DNA from: Nitrosopumilaceae archaeon
GTDB lineage: Archaea; Thermoproteota; Nitrososphaeria; Nitrososphaerales; Nitrosopumilaceae
NCBI GenBank assembly: GCA_965214835.1
Contig: CBDCCK010000002.1
Location: 1,952,001-2,016,000 of the forward strand
Length of the DNA stretch: 64,000 nucleotides
Direction: 5' to 3'
A program made the translations under genes and the position numbers. Below, in pieces: positions 18,873-28,882 of the stretch (within the stretch, counting starts at the first letter, position 1; each line of letters starts with the position of its first letter). Under the pieces are notes generated by a model that searched no databases, was not told the origin of the DNA, and was given only the letters and a program-made list of their open reading frames with translations.

Positions 18873-21548
18873 TTGAAGATTATAGCATACCTGTGCGTGT
18901 ACAACGAGGAGGACATACTGGAGGAGAACGTTCTTTACCACACCGCGCAGCAGGGGGTGGACATAGTCGTAATAGACAACGGATCAACTGACGCAACTGC
19001 CGATATAATCAAAAGGCTGGCAGGAGAGAACAGGATCCTAGATCATGTCAGGTACACAACAGAAAGATTTTCACTACAGCAGCTGACTAGGGCCGGGTTT
19101 GAGCTGGCCAGAAAGCACAATCCGGACTGGATAATACACCTGGATGCCAGCACGTTTCTTGAGAGCGGTTCCGGATCGGATGTGCCGCTAAGCGAGCAGA
19201 TACGGAAGGCCGACGAGGCAGGATACAACGTCATCAGCCTGGCATCATACGACTTTTACCCGACTGAGAGGGACGATCCGGACGAGTCCAGCGTATTCAA
19301 GCGGATGAAGTTCTATGCCAACACAATATACACAAACAGACTACAGGAGAAGATATTCAAGAACCTTGACGGACTGCTGACCCACAATGGACACAAGATC
19401 ATATTTCCCAAATCCGCCGAAAAGAAGATATCTGACAAAAAGGCAGTCATGCGGCATTACATATTCCGGTCTGCGCCCCACGGCGTAAGAAAGATCCTTG
19501 AGAGAAAGAACCGGTGGGATGCCGCCGAGCGTGCAGACAACCACCACACCCACTATGACGGCTTTCTTGGATTTGAGGAGGAAATCCCGGTTCCATCTAG
19601 GCTCCTTGCGTTCAAAGACGAAGAGGGCGGATGGGACAACTCGATAACATACAAAGAACCGCCCCCCCTTCCAACCGAAAAGTATGATATCAACAGGTCA
19701 CATAGGTTTGACAGACTGCCATTCCGACATTCTGACTGCTGTTTCATTGTGGGATGTCCGGGTTCGGGAACCTCACTGCTAGGACATATTCTTGAGGGCA
19801 ATGGCAGTGTCATCTGCTACGGCGAGCCGGCATGCTACGACTATCTGTCAGATGCGGCCCTGCCTGAGGAGGCCAACAAACAAAAGACTGAAAATGGCGT
19901 CCTGGCCTTCGAGTCTGCCGGTATTACAGAATACCTTGACAGTCCAGACCGGGCTACAGAATATTCCAGAGGCCGCAGGTTTCCTCCCGCGTTTACATAT
20001 GACGGCCAGCCGGTTTTATTCCTGGTCAGGGATCCAAGGGACGTATATCTGTACTTGACGGGGCTCAAATCGGATCCCTTACAGCGTGACGCGGCAGAAG
20101 CATGGGAGAAATACATAGATGACCTGGCAGCCGAGGCGAAGGCAAGGGGCGCCGATCCCGGAGGCGGACATCTCGGAAACCTATCTGCATTGAAAAACGC
20201 CGGCAAGCTCTCGCTTGCCGCAAAGGCCGCACTGTATTGGAAGATAAAGACAGAGTCATTCTTCAGATATGACGAGCTGGGCTACAACCTGCATCTTGTC
20301 CTGTACGAGGATCTGTGCGTGTCGCCCGAGAAAAACCTCGAGGATATTTGCAACTTTCTAAAAATCCCGTTTGATTCGCAGATGCTAGAACATGACTCCA
20401 TCAAGCGTGATGTTGGCAAGGGCGGGGTTGCAGATGACGCCCATGTGCGGCTCATAATGGATCCGGGAGACGCCATAAAATACAGGGGAAATGTTCCCAT
20501 AGAGGAACAAAGGACAATCCTCTCGATTGCCGGCCCGACATACAAGAAGATACAGCACAAATGGATCCAGCAGCTTGGAAAGCCGGACAAGCAGGCCGAT
20601 GCGTTGGAGGCAGCCAAGTCCTATCTTGCTGCCAGAGACGAGAGAATACAGGAACTGCAGGAGGATCTTGACGAGAAGAGCGTCTGGGCGCTGCGCCTTG
20701 ACGAGGAGGCGGAGATCAAAGATAAGAAGATACGGGAACTTCAAAAGGAGTTGGACGAGAAGAGCGTCTGGGCGCTGCGCCTTGACGAGGAGGCGGAGAT
20801 CAAAGATAAGAAGATACGGGAACTTCAAAAGGAGTTGGACGAGAAGAACGTCTGGGCGCTGCGCCTTGACGAGGAGGCGGAGATCAAAGATAAGAAGATA
20901 CGGGAACTTCAAAAGGAGTTGGACGAGAAGAGCGTCTGGGCGCTGCGCCTTGACGAGGAGGCGGAGATCAAAGATAAGAAGATACGGGAACTTCAAAAGG
21001 AGTTGGACGAGAAGAGCGTCTGGGCGCTGCGCCTTGACGAGGAGGCGGAGATCAAAGATAAGAAGATACGGGAACTTCAAAAGGAGTTGGACGAGAAGAG
21101 CGTCTGGGCGCTGCGCCTTGACGAGGAGGCGGAGATCAAAGATAAGAAGCTGGGTGACCTTCAGAGGGAGTTAGACTCTACCAAAAAGACCATAGAGAAC
21201 AAAGAGTCAGAGATGGCAGATCTGCTACAGAAGATGCATGTGCAGAACGACGAATTTGAGGAGATCAGGCAGTCAGTCCTGTTCAAAACTGCATCAGGTC
21301 TTGCCAGAAAACTGGACAAGTTGTTCCCGCAGAATAGCAAAAGGGGCGAGATGTTCAGATTGTCCAAGGCATTGTTTGACATAGTCCAAAACGACGGATA
21401 TGGGGCCCTTCTGAGAGCCTTTAGGGAGAAATGGCGCAGCAGATCCGAATCCCCTCCCCCCGAAGACACCAGCATCAGTTATGAAAAGACCAGGCAGCAT
21501 CCTGATGACGCGTCTGCTGCCGACTCTGCAGAGCAGGCAGAGCAGTAG
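18873..21548 (+). CDS. Multidomain protein: GT2-like domain + sulfotransferase + coiled-coil repeats (further GT2 domain cut off by TAG)
   Basis: 'YNEEDILEE...IDNGSTD', 'IVGCPGSGTSLL', 'VRDPRD'; TTG start with TATA at 18844. Confidence 0.85.
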   Translation: MKIIAYLCVYNEEDILEENVLYHTAQQGVDIVVIDNGSTDATADIIKRLAGENRILDHVRYTTERFSLQQLTRAGFELARKHNPDWIIHLDASTFLESGSGSDVPLSEQIRKADEAGYNVISLASYDFYPTERDDPDESSVFKRMKFYANTIYTNRLQEKIFKNLDGLLTHNGHKIIFPKSAEKKISDKKAVMRHYIFRSAPHGVRKILERKNRWDAAERADNHHTHYDGFLGFEEEIPVPSRLLAFKDEEGGWDNSITYKEPPPLPTEKYDINRSHRFDRLPFRHSDCCFIVGCPGSGTSLLGHILEGNGSVICYGEPACYDYLSDAALPEEANKQKTENGVLAFESAGITEYLDSPDRATEYSRGRRFPPAFTYDGQPVLFLVRDPRDVYLYLTGLKSDPLQRDAAEAWEKYIDDLAAEAKARGADPGGGHLGNLSALKNAGKLSLAAKAALYWKIKTESFFRYDELGYNLHLVLYEDLCVSPEKNLEDICNFLKIPFDSQMLEHDSIKRDVGKGGVADDAHVRLIMDPGDAIKYRGNVPIEEQRTILSIAGPTYKKIQHKWIQQLGKPDKQADALEAAKSYLAARDERIQELQEDLDEKSVWALRLDEEAEIKDKKIRELQKELDEKSVWALRLDEEAEIKDKKIRELQKELDEKNVWALRLDEEAEIKDKKIRELQKELDEKSVWALRLDEEAEIKDKKIRELQKELDEKSVWALRLDEEAEIKDKKIRELQKELDEKSVWALRLDEEAEIKDKKLGDLQRELDSTKKTIENKESEMADLLQKMHVQNDEFEEIRQSVLFKTASGLARKLDKLFPQNSKRGEMFRLSKALFDIVQNDGYGALLRAFREKWRSRSESPPPEDTSISYEKTRQHPDDASAADSAEQAEQ
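20670..21149 (+). repeat. Coding tandem repeat, ~5.7 x 84 bp (28 aa = 4 heptads)
   Basis: Unit gacgagaagagcgtctgggcg... at 20670, 20754, 20838, 20922, 21006 and 21090; near-identical copies. Confidence 0.97.
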
Positions 21549-21909
21549 CAGGCGTCGATCAGGGGGCAGCATCCTGATGACGCGTCTGCTGCCGACTCTG
21601 CAGAGCAGCAACAGCGCACCGCCGCCCTGGCCGAAAAAGTCAGGCGGTATTCGGAGACTGCCAGACTTGACGACCCCGGGCTGAGCTCAAGAATAATCTG
21701 CAACGAGCGCCTCGTCGAGCCTGATGAAGATCTTAGAAAACACATGCAGATCGGATCGGCGGAAATCCTCACACTTCCAAGAAATCCGAAGGTCAGCATA
21801 ATCATTCTTACCCTCAACCAAACCGATTATCTCAGAAAGAACCTAGAGTCAATAGAGTCAAAGACGACATACAAAAACTATGAGATCATTATTGTCACAA
21901 ACAACAGAG
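21549..21909 (+). pseudogene. In-frame continuation of the upstream gene: start of a GT2 domain, truncated by a MITE
   Basis: Same frame after TAG 21546; 'PKVSIIILTLNQTDYLRKNLESI...YEIIIV'. Confidence 0.8.
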
Positions 21910-22018
21910 GTACCAGCTCGGGCTCTGGAAGTTCAGGCATGAGTTTTGCTACCTCGGAGAGGCCTCCCGTAGATTCGTACCTGAAATCAGGAGCAGCTTC
22001 CAGAGCCCGACCTGTTAC
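21910..22018. mobile_element. ~109-bp MITE
   Basis: TIR gtaccagctcgggctctggaag / cttccagagcccgacctgttac; the same end recurs at ~44863-44897. Confidence 0.7.
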
Positions 22019-22255
22019 GAATATTGTGAGAAAAGGATTCATGACAGAATAGGGCAAAAAAATTGGAAGATGGGTTTTACTGCAAATATTTGTCACGAGG
22101 ATCCAAGAGACGTTCCCATGCTTCAGGTTGCGGATTACATAGCAAGTGCAACCCAGGGATTCATTGTTCACGGCGATGCGACGTTTTACAACGCGTACAG
22201 TAACAAATTGAGCTATCGTGAAAAATTGGACAGCAACGATAAGATAAGATGGTGA
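22019..22255 (+). pseudogene. DUF3800 family C-terminal remnant
   Basis: 'VPMLQVADYIAS' matches the C-terminal QxAD motif of the two complete DUF3800 genes. Confidence 0.65.
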
Positions 22256-22256
22256 C

Positions 22257-22330
22257 TCTCGACCTACTTCTTCCAGCCTGTCCGAACAGACGTCATCGTT
22301 TCGGTCAAGATCCTATTGATTGTTCAATAG
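22257..22330 (+). ncRNA. Candidate structured RNA 3' of the DUF3800 remnant
   Basis: Stem tctcgacc/ggtcaaga encloses hairpins ctgt-ccga-acag and acg-tcat-cgt; followed by ctattga-ttgt-tcaatag. Confidence 0.4.
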
Positions 22331-22573
22331 ACTTTACCCACCTGTTTGATATTCTCATGTCTGATATTAAAAGTATAAGCATGAGCAGTCTTGCACAGCC
22401 CTGATTTCAGGCTGTAGTATACGAAAAGTCGGTCCGCTAGTCATCTGCGTCCCTCTCCATCCATTTTGGATCCTTCCTCCTGATCGCATCCGTGGCCTCC
22501 TTGCTCCCAAACGCCTGAAGCGACGTCTCACAGCTGGTAATGTCAAGCGAAAAGTGGGGACCTTCTCTCGTTG

Positions 22574-23599
22574 TATAGCAACGGTCACAAGTAATTGAGG
22601 GTCTTGAGCGGCGATCTGTAAATGTACTTGTACATGCAAAGGTGGGCAAACGACACCGTCCTGTACTCAGATATGGCGTGCCGCAGCTTGCCGACCTTTC
22701 TGTACACTATCCCCCTGAAAACGACAGGCTTGCCCAGGTTCCAGCATTCTTCCACGACATTGAGGTGTGGCGATCCCCCCGGGGATCATCATCAGCATGA
22801 TGGCCCGCCGGTATTCTGCGACGGCAGCAGATCTGTGCACGTTCCACCTGTCGCAAAAGACGGCAACCCTGCCAGACTTCGCGCAGCGCCTCCAGACATT
22901 GTATGAACTGCACCGACGTAAACGATCCCGCAAGCGTCCTGAACAGCTTCCTGCCGTCTTCTGCGATGCTTCTAAACACGGCCACCCCTGTGCGGTTCCC
23001 CGAATACGATGCCACGCCTCTGGTGCCGACCGGACCCAATACGTATCTGTCGTATGCGCCCTGCACGAACACCTCATCAGATGAAACCAACGCAAGACCT
23101 CCGTTTTTCAGGCACGGAATACGCACGTTTTCAAGATGCCACTGCCATGCGTATACCGAGCTTGGGGCGGCATGGTTGACATGTACGTTTTGCACCTTGC
23201 GGCGCGACAGGCCGTACTGGCGCATCAGTCTTCGGACATGTCCTGTGTCGTATTCTGTCCCGGTGGCATCCCTTATGTCATCACGCACCGTCATGACGTC
23301 GGTACTGTTGTATTCAATGGACAAGTCCATTATGGCGGCAATCTTTTTTCTGTCCACCCTTGGCCTGCATCCGGAACGGGGAAGATCCCGGAGGCCGTCT
23401 ATGCCTTCCTCCGAGAACTTCGCCTGCCGGTTGCGCACGGAGTTCTCACTGCACCGGATCCCCTTCTTGCAGCCTCGGGCACGCCCATATCGTCCTCTGG
23501 CACAAACATCAACGCCATGATCCTTTTGTAGACTTTGGCATCCTTTTCTTTGCGCATGGCCTCTGACAGGCCGTCCGTTTCTTTTGCCATGCCCACTAT
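22574..23599 (-). pseudogene. IS630 family transposase, multiply frameshifted
   Basis: 'KVYKRIMAL', 'EEGIDGLRDLPRSG' and 'SSDE' segments lie in different frames. Confidence 0.8.
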
Positions 23600-23717
23600 G
23601 CCGGTTACGCGATCATCATACCTTTCGAATGAACCCTGTTTTGGCTCAAAGACTTCTGCTCATTGCTATACTTATTCGGGTGGTCGTAGGCGGTGCTACG
23701 GATCGGGTGATGGCGTG

Positions 23718-23960
23718 ATTTAGAAGCCATCTTCATCAGGCCCTCGATCCTGTTGATGCCCGGCTCTATCCTTATGCCCGCCTGCTCGGCCGGGGTTCTC
23801 TTAAGGGACGAGTGCTCCCTTACAAAGTTATAGTGAATCCTCATGGCATCTATGATCTTCTGCGATGACTCCCTGGTATTCATCCCGCGCATAACCTTCT
23901 CCCTGTCCCTCATGGTTCCATTGAGGCGCTCCACGCGGGAATTCAATCCCTCTGCCTTAC
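23718..23960 (-). pseudogene. DDE integrase (IS6-like) C-terminal remnant
   Basis: 'NSRVERLNGTMRDREKVMRG...HYNFVREHSSLKRTPAEQAGI'. Confidence 0.7.
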
Positions 23961-24127
23961 GGAAACACTTCGAATGTTTTTTACGTAACAGCTCGCATTT
24001 TGTTGATGTTTTGAGCTGCTTTATACAAACTCGTCCACAAATAATCATAGCTTGCTAATTTCGAATCAACTCTCAGGGCGCCCTGTTCCTTCCAAACCGT
24101 TATTTGGATGACGGGCAAGGATAGTCC

Positions 24128-26462
24128 ATGCCTGGCCTCGGACGTGTCACACTTCATACGGGGCGCCTGTCTGGACACGGTCCACTCCTCCTGCTTGTGG
24201 CAATACTGGCGCTTTCTGCATATACGCACCTGTGGAACCCGGCAGGATTTCCGCCGTGGCACCACGATGAGGCAATCTACATAGACCAGGCCTTGGACGC
24301 CTTGGATCACAAGATACTGTCCGACAGGCACGACCACCCGTTTCTCGGATGGACAATCCTTGCGGGATTCATGTATGTCACGGGGTACCCTGACTCCTTT
24401 GTCACATCGGAGGAGGCGTCCTCGCTTGATATGCTTTACGGGGCCCCGCGCATCCTCATGGGCCTGCTTGCCGTCCTGGACACCTTTTTGGTATACAAGA
24501 TAGCCGAGAGGGGATTCGGGCGCAGGGCCGCACCGATTGCAGCTGTCATGTTTGCGGTAATGCCCGTATCGCTGACGCTCAGAATGGTCCTGCTGGACTC
24601 GATCCTCCTTCCGTTCGTTTTGTCCTCGATCCTGCTTGCCATGTATGCACGCGACCTGAACCCAAAGGGCGGCCTGTCCAAGGGGGGGGGTGGAGCCGCT
24701 GTCGCCGACTCTGGGCAGGACCCGTCTGCTGGTTGTCCTGTCGGGCATCTGCATGGGATGCGCCATACTGACCAAAATCCCCTCGCTTGTGATGATCCCG
24801 TTGGTTCTTGTTTTGGTCTGGTCGGCCGGCAGGAGGCCGGGGCATGTGCTGCTGTGGCTTGTCCTCGTAATCCTGACTGTAGCAGTATGGCCTGCGTCTG
24901 CGGCGCTGGAGGGCGAGTTCGATCAGTGGATGAGCGGCGTCTTGTGGCAGGCAGACAGAATCAATCAGGTTAGGCTGAACGCGTTGCAACATTACACACA
25001 GGTAGCCCTGGTGCAGGACCAGGATCCTGACATACTGACCCGCCCTGCTAGCCTGTTGGTGACTGTCATAGAGGTGTTCATGATGGATCCGATCCTGATG
25101 TCGCTGGGCACGGTGGGACTCGCCTTTGCTGCCGCTGTACGCAGTAGATTTGTGCTTCTGTGGGTCGTACCCGTCCTGCTGTTCTTCGGATCAGTCGGGT
25201 GGGTGAACTGGTTCCACCTGGGCATGCTGTGGACTGCGATGTGCATTGCCGCCGCCGCACTGATCGGCGGCGGAATCAAAAGGGCGTACGCGGGAGGGTG
25301 GGGCCCGAGGGGGCAGTACACGCTGCTGCTGGCGGCCGTACTTGTGGCCGCGGCACTCGGCCTGTCCACGTCGGCCGTGCTTGTGCACTGGGACGCGACG
25401 TCTGCGTATTCTGAAGCGGTGGCCTTTACAATGCAAAACCATGCAAATTCTGACGCGCAAATAATGATGCAGCTGGTCGACAAATCGTGGTTGTCAGGTA
25501 TCTACAATCTTACCGATTCTGGAGCGGTAGATGATAATTCCTTTTACAACAAACACCCGGAAAAAACCAGGAAGATCATAATGGTGGAATTTGCCAGCGA
25601 AATCAAAACGGCTCAGAGTCGGCATGGTGATATATATGGCCGTGGCAGCATGGTGGCCGAGTTTCAGAACCCGCCCAAACCGGACACGCCGATACCAGCA
25701 GTGGTTCGTGGATCTCACAGCATAGTAGGTGTGATGGAGTGGGATCCGCCCGGATGGACCTCCCTGTCCGCGTATGGCCCAGCTGGCCGGGCCCTCCACC
25801 TTGATGGGACCGCGTACGTCACGCTTGCCGATACGCCCGGCCTCGATCTTGGCGGGACCGATCCGTTCAGCCTAGCCTTTTGGATCAAGATGCCCGCCCC
25901 CGGAGAATCTGACTTGCCGATCGTCTCAAAGGCCGAAGATATTCGGCAGCAGGGCATCACCGTGTGGGGCAACTCCGGCGGCGGGATCTCGCTCCGGATG
26001 ACAGACGATGTGCAAGGTCAGATTACAGTCAATACGTTCTCCAGCATGGCAGACGGCAGCTGGCACCATGTCGTGTTTACCTATGACGGCTCCAGACGCA
26101 GTGATGGGCTTGACGTGTACGTGGACGGACAGATCGACAACCTGCGCCGGGCCGTTACGTCGCTGGCCGGATCCGTCGCAAACGATCACCTGCTTGCGAT
26201 AGGTGCCGGCAGCACCGGCAAGGAGCCTGCGCAGGATACTGCACTGGATGATATCATGATATACTCGGCACGGCTGCCTGCAGACTACATATCAGACGTG
26301 CACGAGTGCCATGTGGCAGCGGCTACCGTGCTGACCACCAGCGTTCATGCGTGTATGGGAGACTATGACGGGGCGCTCCTGGCGCACCTGGAGTTTGAGG
26401 GCGACCTGACGGACTCCTCGGGCGGCGGCGGCACGGCGCACGGAGACGTCAAGTATACATAG
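24128..26462 (+). pseudogene. GT39/ArnT-LamG paralogue, frameshifted at G9 (24682-24690)
   Basis: ORFs 24128 and 24690 together align end to end with 12813-15320; G8 would restore a single ORF. Confidence 0.85.
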
Positions 26463-26921
26463 CCAGACAACAACTCGGGCCCGAAGCTGCTCCTGATTTT
26501 AGGCACAAGCCTGCCCAGAGAGGTGATCCGAAATTAGAAACCGAGCGCCCCGCCCGTGGCCGTCCTGTTGTCGGCCCTCAGGCCGCAGCAGCGGCGATTC
26601 TGGCCAGCGCCCTCTCGTTGACCAGGCCGCACACGATGTGGTGGGGATCCCGCTAGAATAGGAACGCTTGGATCAAAGTTCTGTTACGCATTCGGCTGAT
26701 TCCGCAGGGCGTTACAGATCGGCTGATTTCGGGGCGGATATTGAAAATCTGTAAGATGTGATATTTTGAAGAAATCGGGCTGTTTTTTGAAATTTTTTGT
26801 TGTATGGCAAGCGGTGGTCGTACGCACAATATGACTACACGCTTTCAAAGACCGCCTTTTGGGACTTTGCTCGCTTGTGGAGTAATTTCGGGTTCCAGAC
26901 ACGACCTGCATCAAAAACATC

Positions 26922-27071
26922 GTATGAGGTCACCTACCCCTCACAATAGGGTAAACATTACTGACTGTGCCTGATCCTTATACTATGATCGCGTAGGTAT
27001 GAGGTCACCTACCCCTCACAATAGGGTAAACATTACTGACTGTGCCTGATCCTTATACTATGATCGCGTAG
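26922..27071 (+). repeat. Exact 75-bp tandem duplication of the IS66 left end
   Basis: 26922-26996 is identical to 26997-27071. Confidence 0.95.
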
Positions 27072-28732
27072 ACTAGGCATTATGAAAGGTCAACTCCTCA
27101 CATGCTGCAAGATCGAGGCATCTACAACATCGCCCACGGAGACGCTAAGGAATCTAAAAAAGGACCTCAAGGAGCGTGACAATATCATTGAGGAGCAGGG
27201 CAGAACCATCAAGGAGCAGGGCAGAACCATTGAAAAGCTAAACAAGACCATCAAGGAGCAGGGCAACAGGCTCCGATACTACGAGAACGAGAACTCGCCC
27301 CCGTCGGCGGACTCGCTGGCGTGCAAGGAGCAAAAGGCGCAGAGGAGAAAGGAGAGGGCCAGGTCCGATGCTGCAGCCGGGGAGGACGGCGCCAAGGACA
27401 GGAAAAAGCCCGGTGGCCAGAAGGGCCACAAGGGCGTATCACACATCCACCGGCCCACCAGGGTGCAAAGGCACGACTTTCCGGGTGGACGGGCGCCGGA
27501 GTGCAAGTGCGGCACCACCACGGAGATCGCAAAAAGACCGCAGGTGCGCGACATGATAGGATTCAAGATAAAGACGACTGAGACGCGCCACGAGATACAG
27601 AGGGCAGTATGCCCGAAATGCGGCACGTACCATACTGCCCCCAACGACCTGCCCAGATGCGGCAACTACGACACGAGTATAGTCACAGCCGCCACCAAGC
27701 TGCGCAGCGAGGGCCATCCCATACAACAGGATCCCGGGTATAATGTCAGATATCCTGGGCGTGCACATGTCAAAATCAACTGGTATGTGGTCACGTCCCC
27801 TTGCTAGCTAGGCACGAGGATCACAATCATTCATGCTAATTCATGCCTAACTGATGATAGTAGGTGACCTCATACATCAACTGTAATCAACAGCATAGGA
27901 CGCGTCTGCGACGCCGCAAAGGCGCCTGCCGAGGCCATCGCAGAGGAGGTAAAAAGCTCAAAGACCGTCTGTATAGACGAGACGGGGATCAACCTGGCAG
28001 GCAGGCTGGGATGGGTGTGGACCATACTGTCGGCAGCGGGCATATTCATGATATACAGCAATACAAGGGCGGCCTGGGTTCTGGACCAGTACATGAGCGG
28101 GTACGAGGGCGTCGTCACATCCGACGGATATCCTGCATACAAGAGGTTCGATCCGGGTGGAAGGCACCAGAGGTGCTGGGCGCACGAGCTGCGAGCCCTC
28201 CTGTATGGCTGGCAGAAAAAGGGTGCCCTGCTGTTTGCAGGAGTCCTGTACCGGCAGATGCAGCAGCTGTTCAAGGATGCCAAGGAGTGTCTTGAGGGCT
28301 GGGACAAGCTGTCAAAAGAGGATCTCCGGCAGCTTGAGGAGAGGACGGGGATAAGAGCGGCCGACGGGCTGATGGGCAGGCACTCGCCGGAGCTGCGCCG
28401 GCGGTTTGAGACCATGATGCGCAACATCCTGTTCGGATACAGGGATACGCAGGACGAATCGCTGAAATCCCTTGTCAAGAGGATGTACAATGCCCTGCCG
28501 GGCCTGTTTACGTTCCTAGAGTACGAGGGCGTAGAGCCCACCAACAATAACGCAGAGCGGGCGCTGCGCCCCGTCGTACTGCAGGACAAGATAAGCGGTC
28601 AGATCAAGGGCGACCTGGTCTGGATGAACAGATACGGATGGTTCAACACATGCACGTCGACGTGGAAGCTGCAGGGCAAGTCCATTGTGGCTGAGGTAGC
28701 CAAAATAATCTAGGGGGTAGGTGACCTCATAC
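26997..28732 (+). mobile_element. IS66 family element (single-ORF type), inactivated
   Basis: TIR gtatgaggtcacctacccc; coiled coil, 'KPGGQKGH', CxxC, 'DET', 'SDGY', 'PTNNNAERALR'; extra base near 27715 and a MITE insertion. Confidence 0.9.
27783..27875. mobile_element. 93-bp IS66-derived MITE inside the IS66 transposase
   Basis: Ends gtatgtggtcac / gtgacctcatac; 8-bp TSD atcaactg at 27775-27782 and 27876-27883. Confidence 0.92.
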
Positions 28733-28838
28733 AAGTGAAAAGTACCATGAAATCGAGCAAAAACAGAAACTGGGCAGGAGGCACGGCGCCTCAATAGCAA
28801 GGCAAAACAACAAATCCCGTTTACATTTCACTTAGCTG
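28733..28838. mobile_element. ISH3-type MITE remnant
   Basis: Ends aagtgaaaagtacc and tttcacttagctg match the TIR of element 5572-6868. Confidence 0.6.
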
Positions 28839-28882
28839 TGTATTGCGGATCATTTTTAACCATACAACCCAACAGTACGTTG

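Noticed and set aside
20670-21149. Regular repeats as a CRISPR array
   Set aside because: Contiguous 84-bp coding units with no unique spacers; no cas genes.
24074-26545. Composite transposon formed by MITE-B ends around the second GT39-LamG gene
   Set aside because: The ends belong to separate partial elements facing away from the gene, and no TSD is seen.
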